This document shows, in pieces, positions 22,365 to 33,210 of a stretch of DNA of 64,000 nucleotides. The notes under the pieces were generated by a model. It had not been told where the DNA came from. It saw nothing but the letters and a program-made list of their open reading frames with translations, and ran no database searches. The stretch's first letter is position 1. The number at the start of each line of letters is the position of its first letter. Location: positions 928,001-992,000 of the forward strand of contig CBDCXL010000002.1 of the NCBI GenBank assembly GCA_965223795.1, given 5' to 3'. The position numbers were made by a program, and so were the translations under genes. The stretch is from Nitrospinales bacterium. Its GTDB lineage: Bacteria; Nitrospinota; Nitrospinia; Nitrospinales; VA-1.

Positions 22365-23909
22365 TCATTCCTTTTTCGGTGAACAGGCTCGGAACATTGT
22401 AACCCCGCACACCCACGCGGACAACAGCAGCAACGCCGCGGGCAGGAAAGTGACGTGCGCCGGGTAGCCGAACAGGTGCATATAATACCACCAGAAATTG
22501 GGCGCGTTGAGGGCGAGCCCCTTCTCCAGCACCTCACGGTTGTCCGCGCCGAGAAAACGGATGCGCTCCTGCGCCAGCGCCACCCGCTCGCGCATCGCCG
22601 CCTCATCGTTGAGTCCGTCCAGCACCGCCGCCACCTGGCGCATCTGATTGAACGCGGGCGAATGCAGCGGCGAGATCACCAGCAGGCGCTCGGCCTGATC
22701 GGGAAAACGCTCGCGCAAATCATAATAATAACGGGAGGGGCTGACGACCAGAGCCGGGATCTGCACGACGATGCCGAGCGCGACGGCGGCGGCGACCCAG
22801 CGCCTGAGATCGGGGGAATTTTTCTGCAGAAGAAAGCCAACGGGAAGGATTAAAAATGGCAGCGTGACCGCCATCAGCCGCGGCCCCCAGCCCATGCCGC
22901 CGTACCAGCTGTGCCAGAAGGAAAACAGCATGAGGTGCGCGGCGGCGATCCAGCCGAACAGCAGCGCCATGTGCGGGCGCGTTCTGAAAAACAACGGCAG
23001 GGCCAGGCAGCCGAACAGCAGGACGGGATTGTAGAGGAACACCGATTTCCCCGGAGAAAACAGAATCCCGAAAAAGCCGGAGAAAACATCCGGCCGGAAG
23101 CCGGATTCATAACCGGTCTCGAAAGGATGGCCGAAGCGCGCCCGGTTGTAGATCAGGATGCCGGCGAGAAAAACAGCCACGGGAACGGCGAGCGCCGCCG
23201 TGTCGCGCAGCAGCGAGCGCCGCGTTTTTTTGTCCGTGCTTTCACAGCGGGCGAGCAGGTAGAGGAAGAACCCCGGCAGCGCCACCAGTGCGGCGAGGCG
23301 CGTCGTCGCGGCGCAGCCGAGAAAGACACCCGCCAGGATGCGGCTGCGCGGAATACCCAGCGTGTGTTCTCCGGTCAGGCAATACGCCGCGGCCAGCAGC
23401 AGGCCGGTGGTGGCGGGCTCGCTCATGAAATCCTCGGAGTAATACCAGGCGATGCTGGACAGGCCGTAGGCCAGCGCGAGGACGTTCGCCACGCCGCGGG
23501 TGAAGCCGAACCGGTGCGTCGCGAAGCGGTGCAGCAGCGCGCAATTCAAGGCGGTCACGAAGGCGTTGACCATGCCGACGCAAAACAGCGTCGCCTGGTC
23601 TTTGGGAACGCCGCTGAGTGAGGCCAGGAATTTTCCGATGATGTAGAACGGCACCGCAAGCAGGCTCATGCCGACGCCGTACTTGGAAAATTTTTCGCCT
23701 TCCGGGTCCGCCGCCGCGACGCGCTCGCTGTGCGCCAGCGAGCCGCGCTCCACAATGCTTTGCGTCAGCAGGTACATGATCTTGCCGTCGGCGGACTGGA
23801 TGGACCCCTGTGAAGTGAACGCGTACACGGAAAAAAAGAAACAGAACACGATGACGCCGGGTTTCACGGCAGAAAGCGGAAAAATTCTGAACAGTCCGGA
23901 AGGGCGCAT
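22365..23909 (-). CDS. Polytopic GT-C-type (lipid-carrier-dependent) glycosyltransferase-like protein
   Basis: Many TM helices; SADGKIMY, SKYGVGMS, SEP, YNRARFG, WGPR motifs. Confidence 0.7.
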   Translation of the reverse strand: MRPSGLFRIFPLSAVKPGVIVFCFFFSVYAFTSQGSIQSADGKIMYLLTQSIVERGSLAHSERVAAADPEGEKFSKYGVGMSLLAVPFYIIGKFLASLSGVPKDQATLFCVGMVNAFVTALNCALLHRFATHRFGFTRGVANVLALAYGLSSIAWYYSEDFMSEPATTGLLLAAAYCLTGEHTLGIPRSRILAGVFLGCAATTRLAALVALPGFFLYLLARCESTDKKTRRSLLRDTAALAVPVAVFLAGILIYNRARFGHPFETGYESGFRPDVFSGFFGILFSPGKSVFLYNPVLLFGCLALPLFFRTRPHMALLFGWIAAAHLMLFSFWHSWYGGMGWGPRLMAVTLPFLILPVGFLLQKNSPDLRRWVAAAVALGIVVQIPALVVSPSRYYYDLRERFPDQAERLLVISPLHSPAFNQMRQVAAVLDGLNDEAAMRERVALAQERIRFLGADNREVLEKGLALNAPNFWWYYMHLFGYPAHVTFLPAALLLLSAWVCGVTMFRACSPKKE

Positions 23910-24062
23910 GGAGCCGCACTCGCGTGGTTTGCGGGGTCACAGGTTTTCGGGCAGGCTGTATCATACCGCCCCGCCGCGGGCAAAGCCAGCGCGGCCGCGC
24001 GCCGCGTGCGCGTTCAATTGGTTGGCGACTTTTCGCGGGTTCTGTGATACCCTTCATCCGCA

Positions 24063-24311
24063 ATGCTGGCCAAAATTCAAGTGACATACAAAGAGGGCGT
24101 GCTGGACCCCCAGGGGAAGGCGGTGCACCATGCTCTCACCGATCTGGGTTACGACGAGGTGACCCAGGTGAACGTGGGCAAGTACATGGAAATCCGGATG
24201 CAGGACTGCTCCGAGCAGGAAGCGGAGGCGCGGGTCCGGGAAATGTGCGAAAAGCTGTTGGCCAACACGGTGATCGAATCCTACCGCATCACCCTCTCCC
24301 CCAACGAGTGA
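24063..24311 (+). CDS. purS: FGAM synthase subunit PurS
   Basis: VLDPQGKAV...LLANTVIESY. Confidence 0.96.
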   Translation: MLAKIQVTYKEGVLDPQGKAVHHALTDLGYDEVTQVNVGKYMEIRMQDCSEQEAEARVREMCEKLLANTVIESYRITLSPNE

Positions 24312-24332
24312 AACCACCCCTTTGGGATCGTC

Positions 24333-25022
24333 ATGAAGTGCGGAATCGTCGTGTTTCCCGGGTCGAACTGCGATCACGACTGCTACCACATTTTAAAACA
24401 TGTGTTTGAACTCCAGACGGAGTGGATCTGGCACAAGGATGCGGGCGACCTTGCAGGCTACGATTTCATCGTGCTGCCGGGCGGGTTTTCCTACGGCGAC
24501 TACCTGCGCGCCGGCGCCATCGCCAAGTTTTCGCCGGTGATGAAATCGGTGGTCCGCTACGCCAATGCCGGCGGCCGCGTGCTGGGCATCTGCAACGGGT
24601 TTCAGATCCTGGTCGAATCGGGCCTGCTGCCGGGGGCGCTCTTGCCGAACCGCTCGCAGAAATTCATCTGCACCTACGTGCACACGCGCGTCGAATCCAC
24701 CGACACGCCGTTCACCCGCGCCTGCGCCGACAAGCCGGTGCTCAGGATTCCCATCGCGCATCACGACGGCGGCTACTTCGCCCCCCAGGACGAACTCATG
24801 CGCATGCAGGACAACGGCCAGATCGTGCTGCGCTACTGTGACGCCAAAGGCGGCGTGTCCGACGCCAGCAACCCGAACGGATCGGCGGACCACATCGCCG
24901 CCGTCGCCAATAAGAATAAAAACGTCCTCGGCATGATGCCGCACCCGGAGCGCTGCGCCGATCCGCTGTGGCCGGACGTGGACGGACAATTGATCTTCCA
25001 ATCCCTCATCGCATCGGGTTGA
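24333..25022 (+). CDS. purQ: FGAM synthase glutaminase subunit PurQ
   Basis: [31 protein letters not shown]. Confidence 0.97.
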   Translation: MKCGIVVFPGSNCDHDCYHILKHVFELQTEWIWHKDAGDLAGYDFIVLPGGFSYGDYLRAGAIAKFSPVMKSVVRYANAGGRVLGICNGFQILVESGLLPGALLPNRSQKFICTYVHTRVESTDTPFTRACADKPVLRIPIAHHDGGYFAPQDELMRMQDNGQIVLRYCDAKGGVSDASNPNGSADHIAAVANKNKNVLGMMPHPERCADPLWPDVDGQLIFQSLIASG

Positions 25023-25024
25023 CC

Positions 25025-27280
25025 GTGGCCGCTTCCTCCTCCGCCAAACTTCCCGCAGTCACTCTGGATGTCGTGCGCGAGCACGGCATCACGCCGCAGG
25101 AGTTTCAGCGCATCGTCGATCTGTTGGGACGGCATCCCAATTTCACGGAACTGGGCATTTTCTCGGTGATGTGGAGCGAGCATTGCAGCTATAAAAGCTC
25201 GCGCCCGCATCTCAAAACCCTGCCGACCGAAGGACCGCGCGTGATAGAAGGGCCGGGCGAAAACGCCGGCGTGGTGGACATCGGCGGCGGCTGGGCGGTG
25301 TCGTTCAAGATCGAAAGCCACAACCATCCCTCGTTCATCGAGCCGCACCAGGGCGCGGCGACGGGTGTGGGCGGCATCCTGCGCGACATCTTCACGATGG
25401 GCGCGCGGCCGGTGGCGCTGCTCAATTCGCTGCGCTTCGGCGAGCTGTCCGATCCGCGCACGCGCTTTCTGCTCAACGGCGTGGTCGAGGGCATCGCCGA
25501 TTACGGCAATTGCACCGGCGTGCCGACGGTGGGCGGAGAGATCTATTTCGACGCCTGCTACAACGGCAACATCCTGGTCAACGCGTTCTGCCTCGGGCTG
25601 GTGAAAGCGGACAAGGTGTTCCGCGCCGCGGCGGGGGGCGTGGGCAACGCGGTGATCTACGTCGGCTCGAAAACCGGCCGCGACGGCATCCACGGCGCCA
25701 GCCTGCTGGCTTCGGCGGAGTTCGACGACACGACCGAGGAAAAACGCCCGACGGTGCAGGTGGGCGACCCGTTCACGGAAAAGCTGCTCATCGAAGCCAG
25801 CCTGGAACTGATGAAAAAGGACTGGGTGGTGGGCGTGCAGGACATGGGCGCGGCCGGGCTCACGTCCTCTTCGTTCGAGATGGCGGGACGGGCGAAAACG
25901 GGCATCGAGCTCGACCTGTCCCAGGTGCCGCTCAGGGAAACCGGCATGACGGCGTACGAGATCCTGCTGTCCGAATCGCAGGAACGCATGCTGTTCGTGG
26001 TGGAGCGGGGCCACGAAGAAGAGACGCTGACCATCCTCGACAAGTGGGATCTCGACGGCGCGGTGATCGGCCGGGTGACCGAAGATCCGCTGGTGCGCAT
26101 CGAGTACGAAGGCGAGGAAGTGGTGCGGCTGCCGGTGCCGCCGGTGGTGGACGGGGCGCTGGATGTGAAGCGCCCGACGCGGAAACCGCAATACCTGAGC
26201 GAGGTGGACCACGTGGATCTCACCGGGATTGCCGATCCCAGGCAAGGCGGCGAGTGGCTGAAACAACTGCTGGCTTCGCCCAATATCGCGAGCCGCGAGT
26301 GGGTGTACCGGCAATACGACCATATGGTGCGTCTCAACACGCTGGTTTTGCCGGGTTCCGATGCGGCGGTGCTCCGGGTGCCGGAAACCGCAAAGGCGCT
26401 GGCGCTGGCGGTGGACTGCAACAGCCGCTACTGTTATCTGGACCCCTTTCTGGGCGCGCAGATCGCCGTGGCCGAGTGCGCGCGCAATGTGGTCTGCTCG
26501 GGCGGGGAGCCGATCGGGCTCACCAACTGCCTCAATTTCGGCAACCCGGAAAAACCAGAGATCATGTGGCAGTTCGAGCAGGCGGTGCGCGGTCTCGGCG
26601 AGGCCTGCCGCTATTTCGATATTCCTGTGGTCAGCGGCAATGTCAGTCTTTATAATGAAACTAAAGGCGTTTCCATCTATCCGACCCCCACGGTGGCGGT
26701 GGTGGGCCTGCTGGAAAACCGGGCCGATCATTGCACGCAATGGTTCAAAAAACCGGGCGATGGGATCGGGCTGCTGGGCCTGACGCTCGAAGAGATCGGC
26801 GGCAGCGAGTATCTCAAGCTGACCGGCGGCGGCTGCCGCGGTCGGGCGCCGCAGCTCGACAAAAAGCTGGAAAAAGCGGTCCAGGCCCTGTGCCTGCATC
26901 TGATCCGAACCGGGTTGCTTCATTCGGCGCACGACTGCGCCGAAGGCGGGCTGGGCGTCGCGGCGGCGGAATCCTGCTTCACCGGGCCGGACGCGCCCCT
27001 GGGAGCGGCGCTTGAGCTGGAATCGACGATCCGCAAGGACGCGCTGCTGTTCGGGGAATCGCAGTCGCGGATCCTCATTTCCTATCCCAAGACCGCCGAA
27101 GCACAGATCGTGAAGCAAGCGGCCGAACGGGACGTGCCCTTCACCCGCATCGGCGAAGTGGGAGGCGGCGACCTGACGGTTCACATCAACGGGGACGAAT
27201 TCATCCGCGAAGACGTTCACGCTCTCAAAACCCTGTGGCAAGACGTTCTGGAGGATTATGCTGCTCGACAAGCTCCATGA
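25025..27280 (+). CDS. purL: FGAM synthase subunit PurL (small type)
   Basis: [31 protein letters not shown]; likely GTG start at 25025 just after the purQ stop. Confidence 0.97.
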   Translation: MAASSSAKLPAVTLDVVREHGITPQEFQRIVDLLGRHPNFTELGIFSVMWSEHCSYKSSRPHLKTLPTEGPRVIEGPGENAGVVDIGGGWAVSFKIESHNHPSFIEPHQGAATGVGGILRDIFTMGARPVALLNSLRFGELSDPRTRFLLNGVVEGIADYGNCTGVPTVGGEIYFDACYNGNILVNAFCLGLVKADKVFRAAAGGVGNAVIYVGSKTGRDGIHGASLLASAEFDDTTEEKRPTVQVGDPFTEKLLIEASLELMKKDWVVGVQDMGAAGLTSSSFEMAGRAKTGIELDLSQVPLRETGMTAYEILLSESQERMLFVVERGHEEETLTILDKWDLDGAVIGRVTEDPLVRIEYEGEEVVRLPVPPVVDGALDVKRPTRKPQYLSEVDHVDLTGIADPRQGGEWLKQLLASPNIASREWVYRQYDHMVRLNTLVLPGSDAAVLRVPETAKALALAVDCNSRYCYLDPFLGAQIAVAECARNVVCSGGEPIGLTNCLNFGNPEKPEIMWQFEQAVRGLGEACRYFDIPVVSGNVSLYNETKGVSIYPTPTVAVVGLLENRADHCTQWFKKPGDGIGLLGLTLEEIGGSEYLKLTGGGCRGRAPQLDKKLEKAVQALCLHLIRTGLLHSAHDCAEGGLGVAAAESCFTGPDAPLGAALELESTIRKDALLFGESQSRILISYPKTAEAQIVKQAAERDVPFTRIGEVGGGDLTVHINGDEFIREDVHALKTLWQDVLEDYAARQAP

Positions 27281-28676
27281 GGAATGCGGCGTGGTGGGCG
27301 TTTACGGCCATCCGGAAGCGGCGAACCTGGTGTACCTGGGTCTCTACGCGCTGCAGCACCGCGGCCAGGAGAGCGCGGGCATCGTGTCCAGCAACGACGG
27401 CAAGCTGCATCTGGAACTCGGCATGGGGCTGGTGGCGGACATCTTCCACAGCGACCGGATGAAAAAGCTGCCGGGCCGCATGGCGATGGGCCACAACCGC
27501 TACTCCACGGCGGGCGACAGCGCTCTTTCAAACGCGCAGCCCTGCCTCACCAATTATTCGGAAGGATCGCTGGCGCTTGGGCACAACGGCAACCTGGTCA
27601 ACGCCCAGTCGATCCGCCAGGCGCTGGGAGAGTCCGGCTCCATTTTCCAATCGACCAACGACAGCGAAGTGATCGTGCACCTGATGGCGCAGGCCAAGGA
27701 AACGAGCTTCGTGGACCGCGCCGCGTCGGCGCTCAAGCAGGTGCAGGGCGCGTATTCCCTGCTTTTGATGACGGAAACCGAAATGATCGCCGCGCGCGAT
27801 CCGCAGGGGTTCCGGCCGCTCTGTCTGGGCAAGCTCGACAACGCCTACGTGGTGGCGTCGGAATCCTGCGTGCTGGACCTGATCGAAGGGGAATACCTGC
27901 GCGAGATCGAACCCGGCGAGCTGCTTCTGATCAACGAGAAGGGGCTGCAGTCGTTTTTCCCGTTTCAGAAAACCGCGAAAAGACAGTGCGTGTTCGAGCA
28001 CATTTATTTTTCGCGGCCGGACAGCTATCTGTTCAACGAGCACGTGTACGGCGTGCGCAAGGCGATGGGCCGGGCGCTGGCCGAGGAATCGCCGGTTGCC
28101 GCGGACCTGGTGGTGCCGGTGCCGGATTCGGGTGTGCTGTCGGCGATGGGGTATTCCGAGCGCTCGGACATCCCGTATGAGATGGGGCTGATCCGCAACC
28201 ACTACGTCGGGCGCACGTTCATCGAGCCCAAGTCGCAGATCCGGCATTTCGGCGTGAAGGTGAAACTGAACGCGGTGCGGGAAGTGATCGAAGGCAAGCG
28301 CCTGGTGATCATCGACGATTCCATCGTGCGCGGCACGACGAGCCGCAAAATCGTCAAGATGCTGCGCGACGCGGGCGCGAAAGAAGTGCACGTGCGCATC
28401 AGCTCGCCGCCGATCCTGTTTCCCTGCTTTTATGGAATCGACACACCCACCAAAATGGAACTGATCGCCTCCACCCATTCGCTGGAAGAGACCCGCGAGT
28501 ATTTACAGGCCGACTCGCTGCAATACCTGAGCATCCCCAAAATGCTCAGCGTGTTCAAGGAGCAAAGCGGCGATTACTGCACCGCCTGTTTCGACGGCAA
28601 CTACCCGGTGCAGACAACGGAAATGGTCCCGGACATCAACCAGCTCAGCCTGTTCGGCGAAGAGCGATCCTCCTGA
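27258..28676 (+). CDS. purF: Amidophosphoribosyltransferase
   Basis: Propeptide then [22 protein letters not shown], Fe-S ligands including CTAC; 23-nt overlap with purL. Confidence 0.97.
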   Translation: MLLDKLHEECGVVGVYGHPEAANLVYLGLYALQHRGQESAGIVSSNDGKLHLELGMGLVADIFHSDRMKKLPGRMAMGHNRYSTAGDSALSNAQPCLTNYSEGSLALGHNGNLVNAQSIRQALGESGSIFQSTNDSEVIVHLMAQAKETSFVDRAASALKQVQGAYSLLLMTETEMIAARDPQGFRPLCLGKLDNAYVVASESCVLDLIEGEYLREIEPGELLLINEKGLQSFFPFQKTAKRQCVFEHIYFSRPDSYLFNEHVYGVRKAMGRALAEESPVAADLVVPVPDSGVLSAMGYSERSDIPYEMGLIRNHYVGRTFIEPKSQIRHFGVKVKLNAVREVIEGKRLVIIDDSIVRGTTSRKIVKMLRDAGAKEVHVRISSPPILFPCFYGIDTPTKMELIASTHSLEETREYLQADSLQYLSIPKMLSVFKEQSGDYCTACFDGNYPVQTTEMVPDINQLSLFGEERSS

Positions 28677-28682
28677 TCCCAT

Positions 28683-31442
28683 TTATTCCGCCGCGGGCGC
28701 CGGGACAGCCGGCTCTTCCTGCAAGGCGGATTCCAGTATCTCCCCCAACGCCTGAAGATCCTTTTTGTAATCGGTCATCGAGCGGTCGAGTTCTTTCTGC
28801 GAGGCCACGATGCGGTCGAAGTATTTTTTGATGCGGGCGTAATCCGAAGGGTCCAGCTTCACGCTCTGCATAGCCGCGTCGGCCGCGGCATCCGCTTCGG
28901 ACCGCGCTTCCGCGACAGTGGGCGGCGCCGGTTCGAAGCCGGGCGTGCCCACGAGGCCGCCGAATATCTTCTCCAGCGCTTCGTCGAGCGTGCGCTCCAT
29001 GGCGATGTTGTCCTCGTAGCCGACGATGACGCGTTTGAGCTCTGGGATCTTGCCCGCGTCGGCCTTGAGGTACAGCGGGCGCACGTAGATCAGCGATTCC
29101 TGGATGGGGATGACGAGCAGGGTGCCCTGGATGACGCTGGAGCCGCGCTGGTCCCACAGCGAAATCTGGCGCGAGATCTCCGCGTCCTGGTTGATGCGGG
29201 CGACGATCTGGCTGGGCCCGTAGATCAGCTTCTGCTTGGGAAAGTTGTACACCACCAGCTTGCCGTACTGTTCGCCGTCGCTGCGCGCCACCATCCAGGC
29301 GGACAGGTTGCTCTTGCCGCGCGGCGTGAACGGCAGCATGAGAATGTATTCCTCCTTCTCCTTGGAAGGCAGCTTCATGATGGTGTAGTAAGGCTGCATG
29401 CGCCTGCCGTCGATCTCGGGAATCTCCCACTGGTCCTCTTTGTTGTAAAACACCTGCGGGGTCTTCATGTGGTAGGTGGCGTAAATGAAGGTCTGGATGG
29501 TGAACAGATCCGAGGGATAGCGGATGTGACTCCTGAGATCCTCGGGCATTTCCGCGAGGTCCTTGAACAGTTCCGGAAAGATGCTGCGATAGGTCAGGAT
29601 GATCGGATCTTCCAGATCGGAAATGTAAAAATTCATGGTGCCGTCGTAGGCGTCGACGACGACCTTGACGGAGTTGCGCACGTAGTTCCCCAGCGAAATC
29701 ATCTGCGAGTAGGGGAAACGGTTGCTCACGGTGTAGGTGTCGTACATCCAGAACAGCCTTCCTTCGGACACCACGAGATAGGGATCCTGGTCGAGCATGA
29801 GAAACGGCGCCACGCGGGCGACGCGGTCGGAGATGTTGCGGTACATCAGGACGCGGCTGTCGTTTCGGATGTCCTGGGAGAACAGGATCTTGAGCGTCTT
29901 GAAGCGCGCCGCCAGCAGGGCCTTGCGGATGAACGAGCCGACGGCGAACCCGCCGCTGCCTTCGTAGTTTTTGTAGACGTTTTTCTCACCCTGGGGATAG
30001 TCGAACTCTTCGGTGTCGGTGTTCACGAACACGTGGTCGTTGGACAGCTCGCCGAAATAGATCTCCGGCCGCTCCACCTTGAGATCGACGCTGGAGCGCG
30101 GCGGGATGTCCTTGATGAACAGGACGGGCAGTCCTTCGGGCGTCACTTCGTTCACGGGAATCAGCGAGACGCCGTATCCGTGCGTGAAGGTGAGGTGCTC
30201 GTTGATCCAGGTGCGGTTGGGCAGGCTGGAGGAGAGCAGCTCACGCGGCGACAACAGCGTCTGCCGGTAGTTGCCGTCGATCAGATAGCGGTCGTTGTCC
30301 ACAGAATTGAACTGGTAATACGTGCGGATCTCCTGGATCTGCCCGAGGGTGTCGAGCAGCGGCGCCTGGTCCCACAGCCGGATGTTATCGATGGTGGCGG
30401 CGTTGGCCTGGATGCTTTCGGTGGTGAGCGCTTCGGAACCGGCGAGGACGTTGGTCTCGGTCTCGTCCAGCCCGAAGGCGCGCAGCGTTCCCGCGATGGT
30501 GTGCTCGATGTACGGGGTCTCCTTGATCAGCTCGTTGGGATCGACGACGAATTTCTGCAGCAGGTTGGGATAAAAGTTCCCGGCCACGTAGAACACGCCC
30601 ACGGCACCGGCGGCGAACATCACTTTTTTGAATCCGGGAGAAATGACGCCGAAAAAGCTGACGGCGGCTCCGATCAGGGAGAACAGGATCAGCATGTACA
30701 GGATGGGAAGCCGGCCGTTGTCGTCGGAGTAGCTGATGCCGGCGACGACGGCATTGCCCTGCGTCAGCAGGGCGTAACGGTCGAAATAAAATTCCCCGGC
30801 CAACAGCAGAAACGCGAAGCCGGCCAGCATCAACAGGGTGCGGCGCGCTTCGGGAAGCACCTGGACGCCGGTCGGGCTCACGTAAACGAACTGCTTGAAG
30901 AAAAAGATCATGCCGATGCCGATCGCGGAGATGATGAGCGCCGCCCACAGAAAGGATTTGACCAGCATCCACAGCGGCAGCGAAAACAGGTAAAAGGAAT
31001 AATCCATTCCGAAAATCGGATCGCTGCTGCCGAATTCCACAGCGTTGAGGAATTTGAGCGGCACGTCCCATTGATCGGTCATGATGAGCCCGACCATCAC
31101 GGAAATCACAATCGGCGCGAAAAACGTGAGCGGCTTGAGATTGGAGGCCAACAGATCGAGCAGCGGGATTTCCCGGCGTGCCGCGTCGGAAAGCAGGACG
31201 GGCAGGTGGGAGGTCTTGTTGAACGCATAGCGGATGGCGCCGAAGGTGAGCAGGAAAAAAGAAACGCCCACCAGCAGTCCAAAACCAAGCTGCGAACCGA
31301 GCACGGTCCAGAGGACCGACTGGAAGCCGAGATTTTCGAACCACAACAGATCAATATAAAACCCCAGGATCTTTTCGGCGAACATGGAGCCGACGATCAC
31401 GATCGCCGCGAGGATGAACAGCCATTTTCGTTTCAGATTCAT
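28683..31442 (-). CDS. UPF0182 (COG1615) membrane protein
   Basis: DPIFGMDYSFYLF, NIRLWD, WINEHLTFTHGYG, NYVRNSVK, FYNKEDQW. Confidence 0.92.
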   Translation of the reverse strand: MNLKRKWLFILAAIVIVGSMFAEKILGFYIDLLWFENLGFQSVLWTVLGSQLGFGLLVGVSFFLLTFGAIRYAFNKTSHLPVLLSDAARREIPLLDLLASNLKPLTFFAPIVISVMVGLIMTDQWDVPLKFLNAVEFGSSDPIFGMDYSFYLFSLPLWMLVKSFLWAALIISAIGIGMIFFFKQFVYVSPTGVQVLPEARRTLLMLAGFAFLLLAGEFYFDRYALLTQGNAVVAGISYSDDNGRLPILYMLILFSLIGAAVSFFGVISPGFKKVMFAAGAVGVFYVAGNFYPNLLQKFVVDPNELIKETPYIEHTIAGTLRAFGLDETETNVLAGSEALTTESIQANAATIDNIRLWDQAPLLDTLGQIQEIRTYYQFNSVDNDRYLIDGNYRQTLLSPRELLSSSLPNRTWINEHLTFTHGYGVSLIPVNEVTPEGLPVLFIKDIPPRSSVDLKVERPEIYFGELSNDHVFVNTDTEEFDYPQGEKNVYKNYEGSGGFAVGSFIRKALLAARFKTLKILFSQDIRNDSRVLMYRNISDRVARVAPFLMLDQDPYLVVSEGRLFWMYDTYTVSNRFPYSQMISLGNYVRNSVKVVVDAYDGTMNFYISDLEDPIILTYRSIFPELFKDLAEMPEDLRSHIRYPSDLFTIQTFIYATYHMKTPQVFYNKEDQWEIPEIDGRRMQPYYTIMKLPSKEKEEYILMLPFTPRGKSNLSAWMVARSDGEQYGKLVVYNFPKQKLIYGPSQIVARINQDAEISRQISLWDQRGSSVIQGTLLVIPIQESLIYVRPLYLKADAGKIPELKRVIVGYEDNIAMERTLDEALEKIFGGLVGTPGFEPAPPTVAEARSEADAAADAAMQSVKLDPSDYARIKKYFDRIVASQKELDRSMTDYKKDLQALGEILESALQEEPAVPAPAAE

Positions 31443-31455
31443 CGCTTGGTTTCCG

Positions 31456-32007
31456 TCATTCTTTCCATTTTATGGAGCAGCCCATCGAAGGGGTCTGCTC
31501 GTTGGACAACGCCTTTCCCGCAATCAGATTGTCGATCGCTTCTTTGAGGTCCCGGCGCGTCACCTTGCCGGGCTCTTTCCAGTTGTCGTCGATGCGCCCG
31601 CGGTATTTCAGGGTGCGCTCGGGATCGTACACGTAGATGTCCGGCGTGCACACCGCGCCGTAGCGGCGCGCGACGTCCTGGCTTGCGTCGATCAGATAGG
31701 GAAAAGGTATGTTTTTCTCCCGCACCAGCGCCTGCATGCTTTCCGGGGAATCGTCGGGATAGCGCGACGCGTCGTTGGGATTGATGCCCACCAGCTGCAC
31801 GCCCTGGTCGCGCATTTCGTTCTGCAGCGCGATCAGGCGGTCGAGCACGGCTTTCACATACGGGCAGTGGTTGCACATGAACACGATCACCAGCACGGGT
31901 TTGTCGTTGAAATCGGCAAGGCGGTGGGTGTTTCCGTCGGCGCCGGGAAGCGAAAAATCGTGCGCCGGGGTTCCCAGGGGAACCATCGTGGAATGCATGA
32001 GGGCCAT
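31456..32007 (-). CDS. Thioredoxin-fold/AhpC-TSA family protein
   Basis: FMCNHCPYV, YGAVCTPD, YRGRIDD, GCSIKW. Confidence 0.9.
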   Translation of the reverse strand: MALMHSTMVPLGTPAHDFSLPGADGNTHRLADFNDKPVLVIVFMCNHCPYVKAVLDRLIALQNEMRDQGVQLVGINPNDASRYPDDSPESMQALVREKNIPFPYLIDASQDVARRYGAVCTPDIYVYDPERTLKYRGRIDDNWKEPGKVTRRDLKEAIDNLIAGKALSNEQTPSMGCSIKWKE

Positions 32008-32184
32008 GAATGTGTCCTTGACGTTTCAGGAAATGCCTGCGTCCGTCATCGATGGACGCGGCCGGGATCGGATGAGATTGGGTCGAGACCCTGGCAATGC
32101 TATCACGCCTGCTGCAAGCGACTCAACCCTTGTTTCAATGTTGCGCGCGGGCAGGAAAGCGGTTGCAAGGGAAACCTCCGTCCG

Positions 32185-33096
32185 TCATTCGGACTTGCAG
32201 GTCATGCCGGTGACGCGGCAGGTGTAGCAGGCGGAATGGGCGAGGGGAAACGGGCGCAGGGTGTCGGCGAGGGTGTCGCCCATGCGCGCTTCGTCTTTAT
32301 CGACCAGGATGGGGCAGACGTAGACGCCGGTTTTCGCCGCCATGCGCGAGGTGGCGCATTGCAGCTGGGTGATGTCGTAGTTTTCGAAACATTTTTCGGT
32401 GACGTGCTCGTCGTCCTCGTACTGGCGGATGTTTTCGGCCAGTCTGCCGAGCAGAAATCCGGGCAGGATTTTGATGCGCGGCTGCGGCACGTCGTTGCGG
32501 CTCAGAAATTCGAGAAACTGCGCTTCCATCTCCGCGTCCCTGTCTTCATCCCAGCTGCGGGTGATGGTCAGAATGGGCGAAAAGCCGCTGCGGGCGAGAT
32601 TGCGGATGCCTTCCACGGCGCGGCGGAACGCGCCGTTTCCGCGCACCGCGTCGTTGGCCTTCTCTTCGAAATTTTCCATGCTGACGCGGAACTGCAGCCG
32701 GTGCGGCACGCGCTCCTGGATGTCTTTGAGGCGCCGGGCCTTTTCGGGCGTGATCAGGGTGCCGTTGGTCAGCACATCGAGGGGGCCGCACTCGAGAATG
32801 GCTTCGAGGATCTCGAAAATCTCAGGATTGATGAACACCTCGCCGCCGGTGATGTAATAGTCCTTGACGCCCAGGGTCTTCGATTCCGCAAGCCGGGTGC
32901 GGACTTCCGCGAGCGTCATCATCTCGTGCGTGTGGTTCTGCGGACCGCAGCTGATGAAGCAGTGGGTGCACTGCAAATTGCACAGCGTGCCGCCGACCTG
33001 CATCCACAGCGTCTCCAGACCGACGAGGGGCACTTCCGGGATTTTCGCGGCCGTAGCCTTGTTCACGGGATTTTCGGATTTGACTCTGGCGTCCAT
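32185..33096 (-). CDS. Radical SAM protein with a Cys-rich C-terminus (distantly ArsS-like)
   Basis: CNLQCTHC, ITGGE, LTNGT, C-terminal CYTCRVTGMTC. Confidence 0.88.
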   Translation of the reverse strand: MDARVKSENPVNKATAAKIPEVPLVGLETLWMQVGGTLCNLQCTHCFISCGPQNHTHEMMTLAEVRTRLAESKTLGVKDYYITGGEVFINPEIFEILEAILECGPLDVLTNGTLITPEKARRLKDIQERVPHRLQFRVSMENFEEKANDAVRGNGAFRRAVEGIRNLARSGFSPILTITRSWDEDRDAEMEAQFLEFLSRNDVPQPRIKILPGFLLGRLAENIRQYEDDEHVTEKCFENYDITQLQCATSRMAAKTGVYVCPILVDKDEARMGDTLADTLRPFPLAHSACYTCRVTGMTCKSE

Positions 33097-33102
33097 AGTC
33101 TC

Positions 33103-33131
33103 AACTTAGCAGAGCGTCTCAACGAATGCAA
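33103..33131 (-). promoter_or_regulatory. Probable leaderless promoter of the radical SAM gene
   Basis: TTGCAT-N17-TAAGTT (with extended TG) then 6 nt to the ATG; no Shine-Dalgarno. Confidence 0.55.
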
Positions 33132-33210
33132 TCGCTTGCGCTTGCAAACCAATCACTTGCCCTGTCGCCGCGGGGTCTGAAAACTTACACGGCGGCGGAC
33201 CGGAAACGCA

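Noticed and set aside
20315..22606. Extended N-termini given by the ORF track (aldolase-SDR here; also purL, TPR, YyaL, SmpA-like and PCP_red genes)
   Set aside because: The extensions overlap neighbouring genes or promoters; downstream starts fit the family N-termini, SD sites or signal peptides better.
31456..33096. Selenocysteine read-through in the thioredoxin-fold or radical SAM genes
   Set aside because: Catalytic positions are Cys and the TGA codons fall at the expected protein ends.
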